A stretch of 20,262 bases of DNA, from assembly GCA_963813025.1 (NCBI GenBank), contig CAWEXO010000006.1, forward strand, positions 1 through 20,262, written 5' to 3'. Every line of letters starts with the position of its first letter. Position 1 is the stretch's first letter. The notes beneath the pieces were generated by a model, which saw only the letters and a list, made by a program, of their open reading frames with translations, made no database searches and was not told where the DNA came from. Origin of the DNA: an uncultured Verrucomicrobiae bacterium (GTDB lineage Bacteria; Verrucomicrobiota; Verrucomicrobiia; Chthoniobacterales; JAFAMB01). Shown one piece after another: positions 8,021-15,705 of this stretch. The position numbers and the translations under genes were made by a program.

Positions 8021-8527
8021 AACTTTTCTCGCACCAAGTAAATCCTGGGCCCCGTGTCACCGGAGTCGTGCTGCATACGCAAAAAGTGTCCACGGTACTT
8101 GAAATCGATTCTGTCTTTGGCACCCATAAGATACACTAAGCGCACCGTGTGAAATCCCGGTCCCGAGCCCCAAAGGCCTTCGGTCTCAAATTTGTTTTTC
8201 CATCGGAAACAGAGATACTTTGAAAGTGAGCGTAGGAACTCTGTTCGTTCCTCAAACGCAATCCAGGGAGTTGATGCTGCACCCGCTGGTTAGCGGATTT
8301 TTGCAGGCCGTTCTCCGACCATCGAAACGACTGAGGTTTGGCGCTGAGCACCACGCAGCGTCGATTTAAACTTTGAAAGACTCCCCGAGGCCCGACCCCC
8401 AACTTTTCGACTGGAAGCTTTAATATTCTTTCCAAGGCCGGGTCAGGGGGAAGTTGATCTTTTTCTACGAATGTGATGGTCAGTTATTAAAAGTGGTCTT
8501 TTTCTGGCTGTTTCCCAGTCGTTCTGA

Positions 8528-8769
8528 GTAGAAATAACGCCGGCTCTGCAAGCCTTCCTATCGCCATACCGGAAGTCGACAGGCTCCCTATTGCCACGAG
8601 TAGGAGTGCCAAACGTCCTCGTCGTCTAGACCGTCTCCGAGCTAAAGTGGAGAAAGCTGCCAGCCTTTATCACTGGATACCGAGCCGGCTCCGAGATTCG
8701 TTCATTTCTTATCTTTACGCCACTAGGAATGGTGAGAACTATGTATCATCCCAAGCCGGATATTCTCCC
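8528..8769 (+). pseudogene. Tyrosine recombinase/integrase C-terminal fragment
   Basis: [23 protein letters not shown], a frameshift, then [49 protein letters not shown]. This resembles the box II motif WxxNxLRHSFISY...AGxSP. The catalytic Tyr region is absent. Confidence 0.65.
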
Positions 8770-8957
8770 GGCCGCACCAATTCGATCGAAGGCTTAATTA
8801 GTGGGTACGTCCCGCTTCTCGATTTTGTATGATTCTCGAATGCTCAAGTGGATGCTATTAAACGAGCCTATAAACGATTTTAGGACCTTTGCCATGCGAT
8901 AATCAGCACTCGCATTGATCGATAGAAACAGTCTCAATCGGACCGCAAGCCCTGCAT

Positions 8958-10197
8958 TCAGGCGTTCTTTAGGAATATAAGCAGAAATGCGCGGACCTTC
9001 CTGTCGGGCAAACTGTGATTCGGATAGACCCAACCTTCGAGAATTTCGATCGGGATAGTGCCGACGGGAATATTGGGCGCTGGGCAGCCGTCAATGATAG
9101 CCCTGAGGATTTCTGTCACCGTTTCCGCTCTAAGGTTGGGTAGGTCCTTGTTGTTATACACTGTGGAGTTGCCCTCGTTGCGGCCAACAGGAACATTGGT
9201 CTCCGTTGACTTAAAAGTAAGCTTGTATTCAGCAAGCGTGGGGTCCGAACTCGCATTCTCGTGGAGCAAAACTGTAGCGGGAGTGGCAGGATCGAGTTGT
9301 TTTTGCCAGTCTGCTCTTTCGCCGTCGGCATAGCCGCGGACCAACAACAGCGCTTGTGCAGCCATCATCTTGAGCCGCATCTGTACGAATGCAAATTCTG
9401 CAAGCTCAGGAAGCAGGTTTTTACTCAGATCGTATCCCGTTGGCTTAGCCATTCCTGCGATCGCCTGCTGTAACGAAACGCCTTGGTTCATGGCACGCGC
9501 AGCTGCCTCGCAGACGATACCCACAACTTCACTGCGCAGGTTTTCAGTGAGCTTATTATTGTAATCCCCTTCGACACTATATTTCTCGGATTCGAAGTCA
9601 AAAAGTCCCGCGCCTCGCCCCAACGCTTGGTCCTGCTCGAACTCCTTTTTGTAAATTTGGAACGTCGCTACAGCCTTTCGCCCATCTATCTTTGGCCAGT
9701 AGGTAGGCTCAATCCGGAGTTGGGAAAGCTCGTTGTTTAGCTCGTTGACCTCCTTGCTTAGGCTGTTGTACTCTTTGCGTTGTCGGTCGCTTAGGGAAGA
9801 GTCATTCATTGTCGCCCAGGCAAATTTCGCAATCTCGTGCGCTTCAGCGAGCTTTTGTCCTAGAACCTCATTCCCAGCCGTCACCTTAGCTATTTCGGAT
9901 GAGCGCTGATCAACCAATCTCTTCGTGACCTCGAGATCGCCTTTCGTTTTCTCTAGTTCAGCTTGAGCATCCTTTTTCTCTTTCTCCCAGTCGGCTCGTT
10001 CTTTATCGAGGGTGCTTTTCGTTTCTTTCAGCTCAGCGGTAAGCTGAGCGTTTTCCTTTTCGACACTCGGCGAATACTGACTAAAGCAATACGCGATCAC
10101 GAAAAGCGCAAATGCAGCCAATGCGATACCGACGGGCGCATCGAGCTTGATTCCCTTCACCTCGAAGAGAGCTCTCCCCGTAACGCCCTTTATGAAC
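8958..10197 (-). pseudogene. 3' part of an IS-interrupted TM/coiled-coil/divergent OmpA-C-like protein
   Basis: The frame is open from the IS junction: FIKGVTGRALFEVKGIKLDAPVGIALAAFALFVIAYCF, a long coiled coil, then LFDFESEKY, LLVRGYADG, NKDLPNLRAETVTEIL and DRKV (OmpA/MotB C-domain pattern). Confidence 0.7.
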
Positions 10198-10458
10198 TGG
10201 GCTTACCCCGATATTTCGGACACTAATTTGGGCTGATTTGTTTCTCTAGCTCGTTGTTTGGTTGATAGGCAGAACGCTCCACTGCGGTCAAGAAGCAATC
10301 CGGCATAAACGGCCTGCTTCCCGCGCTGCGCGCGGGCCCTGCCATTTATTCCGTTTGCTCTCTTGACCTTTGTTCGACGTTCTGAATACAGGTAACTGTC
10401 ATTTTCCTTCGGAAAGTGCTTCTCCACTGGAAGTCTTTTTGGCGCGTTATCACAGGGC

Positions 10459-11301
10459 TCAGTTTGCCAGGTTTTCGAACTCTGCCGGGGCCAGATAACC
10501 AAGTGCACTGTGCCGACGGCGCCGGTTGTAAAAGACTTCGATGAAGGAGAAGATTTCCACTCTCGCCTGGGTGTGAGTTCCAAATCGGCTGCGGTAGACG
10601 CACTCCAGCTTGAGAGTACTAAAAAAGGCTTCCATGGCGGCATTATCGTAACAACAGCCTTTGCGACTCATGCTCCCAAGGACGCCCTGGGCCCTGAGCA
10701 ACTTCCGATAGGCGGCACTGGCATACTGCACCCCTCGATCAGAATGATGAACCAGGCCTTCCGGTGGCCGACGATGAACCAATGCCATCGCCAGGGCCGT
10801 GGCGACCAACTCGGTGCCCAAGTGATGGGCAAACGCCCAACCGATGATTCGCCGGCTATAGAGATCCATAATCACCGCCAAGTACAACCAGCCTTCCTCG
10901 GTCGCAATGTAGGTGATATCACTGACCCAGATCTGATCCCGCCGGGTAGCTCGAAGCAACTCGGCCAGCCGATTGGGAGCGATCGGCTCTTCATGGCAAC
11001 TATCGGTGGTTTTGGGCCGGTAATGCCGCTTCTGCCTCCCGCAGAGCCCCAGCTCTCGCCGGATCCGATCAATGCGTTTGCGGCTGTGATGACGTCCCTG
11101 ACTTTCCAGTTCGGCGTGCAGCCGCGGCGTGCCGTAAGTGCCACGACTCTCCCGGTGGATCAGACCGATCTGTTCGGCCAAAATCCGATCTTCCAGGCCA
11201 CGCGAACCGGGGCTTTGTGCTCGCTCCAGCCACTGATAAAACCCACTGCGACTCACACAAAAGGATTCGCAGAGTACCTCGATCGGATAAGCCTCTTTCA
11301 T
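10459..11301 (-). CDS. IS3 transposase OrfB (DDE integrase core)
   Basis: YGTPRL, WVSDITYI, YLAVIMDLYSRRIIGW, HHSDRGVQY, GCCYDNAAMEAFFSTLK, FYNRRRRHSALGY. Confidence 0.97.
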   Translation of the reverse strand: MKEAYPIEVLCESFCVSRSGFYQWLERAQSPGSRGLEDRILAEQIGLIHRESRGTYGTPRLHAELESQGRHHSRKRIDRIRRELGLCGRQKRHYRPKTTDSCHEEPIAPNRLAELLRATRRDQIWVSDITYIATEEGWLYLAVIMDLYSRRIIGWAFAHHLGTELVATALAMALVHRRPPEGLVHHSDRGVQYASAAYRKLLRAQGVLGSMSRKGCCYDNAAMEAFFSTLKLECVYRSRFGTHTQARVEIFSFIEVFYNRRRRHSALGYLAPAEFENLAN

Positions 11302-11663
11302 CTGCTTAATCCGTTCGTACCGCGCGAGGGTTCCTCGCAGACAATGCCCAGAGTTTTTTTTAGTATCTCCCGTTGCTGGCTCAGCTCAGCAATCTGACGC
11401 TGTTGCTTGCGGACCAGCTTTTGGAGCCCCTCCACATCCTCCGGCAGTCCTGAGACCAGCGAACTCTGGCCGCTCGAGCCGCCACTCTCAACCAGTCCAA
11501 AATACTTCCGCTTCCATTCATAAATCGTGTACCCGCTCACGCCAAGCTCAGCGGCGACTTCTTTGACCCGCCTCCCGCCATGCAGAACCATCTCCACCGC
11601 TTGGCGTTTGAAGCTTTCATCATATTTCTTGGGCACGGCATTCGAAGATAATGTTCTTTCCAT
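11298..11663 (-). CDS. IS3 transposase OrfA (HTH plus leucine zipper)
   Basis: KKYDESFKRQAVEMV...VAAELGVSGYTIYEWKRKY...QREILKKT. ATG 11663 follows AAGGAAAAGGA, and the stop overlaps the orfB start as ATGA. Confidence 0.92.
   Translation of the reverse strand: MERTLSSNAVPKKYDESFKRQAVEMVLHGGRRVKEVAAELGVSGYTIYEWKRKYFGLVESGGSSGQSSLVSGLPEDVEGLQKLVRKQQRQIAELSQQREILKKTLGIVCEEPSRGTNGLSR
11354..11361 (-). other. Putative -1 programmed frameshift site (A8)
   Basis: CTA AAA AAA ACT in orfA. The -1 frame reads NSGHCLRGTLARYERIKQ-MKEAY with no stop into orfB, as is typical of IS3. Confidence 0.75.
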
Positions 11664-11702
11664 TCCTTTTCCTTCTCTTGTGCCAAATCTCTGCGTAAAA
11701 GG

Positions 11703-11801
11703 GAACAGCAGGACGCCTCCAGCTGCAAAGACAACGCAAACGATAATGATGCCCCAAAGGACGTTGAGCAAGTGAGGCCTCCTGGCCGAAGATGAAAGCA
11801 A
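11703..11801 (-). pseudogene. 5' part (33 codons, first TM helix) of the IS-interrupted gene
   Basis: TTG start with GGAG ~10 nt upstream. MLSSSARRPHLLNVLWGIIIVCVVFAAGGVLLF joins in frame to IKGVTG once the IS and one TSD are removed. Confidence 0.75.
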
Positions 11802-12398
11802 ACCGGTTGAACTCCGTCAAAGCAAAAATCGACTGCGACAGCTAACAAGTCTCGTTTTCCGCTTCTTAGTCGCAAAGAAACTACATTTCCGAGCTTAGAG
11901 GATGGTGTGACAGTCCTCCCAGCTTTGGGTTGTTTCGGGATTAATACCCACTGCGCGTAACCGCTGGGCCCAGGTCTTCCCAACCCTCCAATGCATAGTA
12001 TCAGATGACAGTGCCTCAACCCGAATTTTAAGTTACCTAGACGCAAGCGTTCTGAGTAACATTCCGTCGAAAAAGTTCCGCTTATCTGGTTGATATTCGC
12101 GGTCGCGCCGCACCCGTCAGTCAAGCCATCGAGCGGAAGGACCCGCAGCGGACTCCTCTCATCATGAGCGGCTCTCAAAGGTGACGGCTCGCCTCGGCTT
12201 CGCGCGTATCGCTGACCAGACTGTCGATCACACAATGCCTCCATTTCGCTCTAGCCTATGCTGTGGTAACAGGCCCACAAATTTCTGCGGATGTTTGTCT
12301 AGAATATTGCCGATAATCTTCTCATCCAGAACATTCGGTCGTACCTCTCACCCGCGCCAGATCTCGACTCAACCCGCTTTCCGGTTCACGACCGCGGC

Positions 12399-12445
12399 TA
12401 TGGACTAAGGGGGCAATACCCATGACAGAGGCAAGTTGATACGCT
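12399..12445 (+). promoter_or_regulatory. Palindromic box plus extended -10 (site 1)
   Basis: TATGGACTAAGGGGGCAATA (12399-12418), 21 nt, then TACGCT (12440-12445) preceded by TGA. Confidence 0.55.
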
Positions 12446-12562
12446 TCTTTTATGAAAAAATTCTGATACGACTCTTGCGACACCGGTGATCCCAAATTCG
12501 CATCAAATGGGGCACATCGTGCTGAATCATCCAGCGCTTCCCTCCAGAACAGCCTGCCACCC

Positions 12563-13046
12563 GTGCGGGACCGGCACAGAAAGGCCGTGCTCCGGCAAGC
12601 GTTTCTCCCAATTTTCGCCGCCGTTCTGGTGAACCTCGCCGCGTGCACCACTCAGAGCGGCTCGATGAGCCTACAAGGCAAGCCGCTGTCTGGTTACGTG
12701 CAAATGACCCAAGTCCAAGCTGCCTATCTGGGCAGCGGCAATGCGGGCAACGGTACTCTGAGGTACCCGGGGCGTACTTACCCATTCATGGTCGGCGGGC
12801 TCGGTGTTGGAGGGATCGGCATCTCGAAGATCGAGGCGAAGAGTGAGGTCTACGGACTGGAGCGCCTCCGCGATTTCCCGGGCGCGTACATTCAGGGCCG
12901 ATATGGGTTTGCCCTGGGCACTACGAGCGCGGGCGACCTTTGGCTGAAGAACGGAAATTGGTGTGATCATGCGTCTGGTCGCGAAGCGACAAGGGCTGAT
13001 GCTGAGTGTGGGCGGCGACGCGGTGGTGATCCAAATGAACCAGTGA
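12563..13046 (+). pseudogene. DUF1134/EipA-like lipoprotein, copy 1 (single +1 frameshift near 12958)
   Basis: Lipobox LAAC, then QVQAAYLGSGNAGNGTLRYPGRTYPFMVGGLGVGGIG...DFPGAY...DLWLKNGN / GVIMRLVAKRQGLMLSVGGDAVVIQMNQ*. Confidence 0.7.
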
Positions 13047-13099
13047 GAGGGGGTACGCCATGAAATTTTTAGGCGATATTTTGCGTCTTCCAACTCTGG

Positions 13100-13204
13100 C
13101 TTGCATCCCACCGGCATCTCTCCGCGCGTCTCGCGCATCTGCCTTATTGCAGCAGTCACACGGTAAGCATCGTCGAGATCGAATGCAGAAAGGCGCGCAG
13201 AGAT
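13100..13204 (-). pseudogene. Short fragment of a 2-keto-4-pentenoate hydratase (FAH family) gene
   Basis: ISARLSAFDLDDAYRVTAAIRQMRETRGEMPVGCK resembles the N-terminal 'DAY...RGE..VGxK(IG)' segment. The flanks are unrelated. Confidence 0.6.
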
Positions 13205-13440
13205 GGCGTCCCAATGTTTCACTTCACTGTGTCGAGCGGCGCCGTGGTGACCGCGGGCATGGTGGGACTTTCTGCTGATCCGGAAGCACCGGGAAGCCCT
13301 ACAGCAACGCGCTGTGCTGGCAGGGAATTCCAAGCCGCGAACAATAACGCTCGAACCGACGCGTCTCAGCCGGTCGGGTCGAGTCTCAGATCCGCCAACG
13401 TGGGACTGGTGGCGTCGCGCCCTCGATACCGCGACCGGCT

Positions 13441-14311
13441 CTAAAATTTGAGCCCAACCGTAATTTGTGCGCCGTGCAGCCACAGTTGATAGAGGAAGCT
13501 GCTGCTTTCGTCGCGGAAGTCATCATAGAGAGCCCGGTAGCCGACCTCGGAATAGATGCGCCGGGTAAGTTGGCAGCCGACTCCGGCGTAGCCTTGCCAC
13601 GCGATATCGGATCCGATGCCGAAGCCACCCACGTCGGTTTCCGCGGTGAGATAGAACACCTTGCTGAGATTTAAGCGCCCTCGTAAACCGATCAAAGGAT
13701 CGAACCAGTTATCGTAAAACGAAAAGCTTCGATTCAGGCGGTCCGTCACGCTACTGGCGACCTGGTTTGTTAGTTCGGCTTTTAACTGAGTGACTCTGGC
13801 TTGAACACCTGCATGGATCGCTGCCACCAGCTCCGGCTCTCGGCTCTGGATCAGCTGTTGGACCAAATCGCGTATTTTACCCAGTTGGTCACTGGCAATC
13901 GGACCGACTGGCAGAGTTGGGTGACGTCCTTCCAAAGACGTAAGCCGGTCTGCAATGTTTTCCTGAATGAGCGTTCGCAGGTCAGAGTTAGGCCTGAGCG
14001 TTCACGTAGAGAAGGTCCCCGAGCACGCCAAACCGGCCTCTTCGTATTTCAGCGGTAGTCGAATAAACCACATTAATATGCGAGAGAATCTGGCCAACCC
14101 CCACATTCACGTACGGGTTGACGCCGTGAAACCCGGTGTGGCCGCTGAACCCGGCGAGCCAAATGGGACCGCCTACCGTGATTTCCCAGGGTTCAGTTGA
14201 TTTAACTGGTGGTTGTTCGACCACCTTTGCTTCTTCCTGGGGCCCAGCCAATCCTGCGATGAGTGGAAAAACGTAAATCGCTACTGCGCTCAGTTTAACA
14301 AGGAGATTCAT
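13441..14311 (-). pseudogene. Outer-membrane beta-barrel protein with internal deletion/frameshift near 13990
   Basis: Signal peptide plus PWEITVGGPIWLAGFSG...RFGVLGDLLYVNAQA*. Another frame gives a helical insert and then WFDPLIGLRGRLNL...DVGGFGIGSDIAWQ...EVGYRAL...GAQITVGLKF* with a terminal Phe. Confidence 0.8.
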
Positions 14312-14502
14312 ATCCAGGAGCAAGCGTAAAAATGCCCCATAGTGATTTTTCCGAGACCTCCGGCATGTGGTCAAGGCCGCACTCAACACTAGCCGCTCCG
14401 GAAGAGTCTTATTTCCGTTCGCGGTGAAATTCTATCTGCAGATGGAAGCTAGGATGGAGCACAGTTGAGCTCCGCCGATCACTGCGCTGTCTCTATTTTT
14501 AC

Positions 14503-15288
14503 TTAGAAGGCGAATCTGAGGCCGAAATTGGTCTGGACAAAGTCGATGTTGCCACCACGCCCATTATGATCAATGATGTTATAACTAGCTTCGCCGAAGA
14601 GCCCGATATTGGGAGTAAAGCGATATTCGAATCCGCCGCCGATGTTCCCGAGCGGAGCACTTCGGACGTTTTCAGATGCGTTTCTGAACCTCGAATTGAA
14701 CTCCGCAAAGCGAGTGTTGATCGTAGACCCATTCCCGCCTGCGAAAATCGCACCGAGTCCACCGAACACGTAAGGCGCCAAGTGAACACTCGGCCAGTAG
14801 TCATCTAGCGGGAGACGCAGTATGAGGTCGGAGGATATGACACCCGCCGACGTACTGGCAGAGCCGGTTCTGCTCACCTGCTTGACACCATTGATACTCT
14901 CAGTCACCGTGAAAGTTCCGGTCGAGAGCGATAATCCCGCTCCTTGGAACCTGAAACCTAAATATTTCCAAGGAAGATAATAACTAAAATCCATACCTCC
15001 GCCCCAACCACTGGGGGTGGATTGGCCCGAGAGGGTAGTGGTGATGGTTTGGGTTGGAAACGGGGGAATCGAAAGAAAACTAGTTCGCGTGCCGGTTGGA
15101 TTGTTTCCTGTTCCGGTCGCATAGGTCCCGAACGCTCCGATATCGAATTCGTTCCCTCTGAAGTATGAAACCGGCGGCGGAGGTGGCGCCGGAACAACTT
15201 GTTTCGAGGATATGACTGGTTCTCCGGCAAGGGAGACAACTGCTTGTGAGGCGAGGGCCACAGCGGCTAAGGCAATTAATCTTTTCAT
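14503..15288 (-). CDS. Outer-membrane beta-barrel (porin-family/OmpA-TM-like) protein, 261 aa
   Basis: Signal peptide, AGEPVISSKQVVPAPPPPP linker, amphipathic strands (WGGGMDFSY, LAPYVFGGLG, GGGFEYRFTPNIGLFGEASY) and C-terminal FGLRFAF. Confidence 0.88.
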   Translation of the reverse strand: MKRLIALAAVALASQAVVSLAGEPVISSKQVVPAPPPPPVSYFRGNEFDIGAFGTYATGTGNNPTGTRTSFLSIPPFPTQTITTTLSGQSTPSGWGGGMDFSYYLPWKYLGFRFQGAGLSLSTGTFTVTESINGVKQVSRTGSASTSAGVISSDLILRLPLDDYWPSVHLAPYVFGGLGAIFAGGNGSTINTRFAEFNSRFRNASENVRSAPLGNIGGGFEYRFTPNIGLFGEASYNIIDHNGRGGNIDFVQTNFGLRFAF

Positions 15289-15394
15289 AGGAGTAGCTGT
15301 TTAGTTGTAGACTGCTTTGTATGGAGCCTCGGTATTTGGCAGCCTCTCGTTCACGGGTCCACGAAAGGCCCCCAGACCCCTTAGTCGAAGTAAA

Positions 15395-15441
15395 AGTGTA
15401 TCAATCCTGACCGGCCACCGATATGGTACTTTAGGCCCATG
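15395..15441 (-). promoter_or_regulatory. Palindromic box plus extended -10 facing the beta-barrel gene (site 2)
   Basis: Minus strand CATGGGCCTAAAGTACCATA (15441-15422), 21 nt, then TACACT (15400-15395) preceded by TGA. Confidence 0.6.
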
Positions 15442-15705
15442 CGCCGGTCTCTTTTTTCTCGCTGGTCTAAACCAGATCACTTCGGTTAGATTTGTCGGCC
15501 GTCTATTTAGGAGAGTGCCCGGCGATGTAACCGGCTCGCGAGGTGTTTTGCTGCTGTCGCGAGCAGGAATTCCGACCGATGGAAAGAGGAGTATACCCCT
15601 GTAAATGGTCATCGTCCCAAACCCAATCCAGTAGTAAAAGGCGATGTGAACTCGGAACCATTTCATCATGTTTAAACTGCCCGACACTGAATCGATCGAG
15701 TTGCC

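Larger units (their letters stand above)
10198..11702 (-). mobile_element. IS3-family insertion sequence (~1505 bp) with 4-bp TSD
   Basis: GAAC duplicated at 10194-10197 and 11703-11706. One end reads TGGGCTTACCCCGATATTTCGGACAC (from 10198); the other reads CCTTTTACGCAGAGATTTGGCAC on the minus strand from 11702. orfA and orfB are intact. Confidence 0.92.
12358..13046 (+). repeat. Diverged ~690-bp duplication, copy 1 (promoter, leader and lipoprotein gene)
   Basis: Colinear similarity with 19118-19803, e.g. GCAATACCCAT, GAGGCAAGTYGATACGCTTCTTT, TTCTGATACGACTYTTGCGACACCRGTGATCCCAAA, plus the coding region. Confidence 0.9.

Noticed and set aside
8020..8520. Possible minus-strand gene remnant (99-aa ORF and an adjacent frame)
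   Set aside because: No recognisable motif, so no call can be supported without a search.
8764..8779. CCCGGCCGCACCA resembling a tRNA 3' end after the integrase fragment
   Set aside because: No T-loop consensus and no match to the tRNA-Glu in the window.
8958..10197. Calling the OmpA-like gene Zorya zorB or motB
   Set aside because: There is no ZorA/MotA partner or other Zorya gene in the window, and it has two TM helices and large insertions.
10510..11397. 295-aa plus-strand ORF
   Set aside because: Antisense shadow of IS3 orfB.
11537..12408. 235-aa minus-strand ORF and 75-aa plus-strand ORF
   Set aside because: No recognisable motifs, atypical composition, and the longer one runs across the IS boundary.
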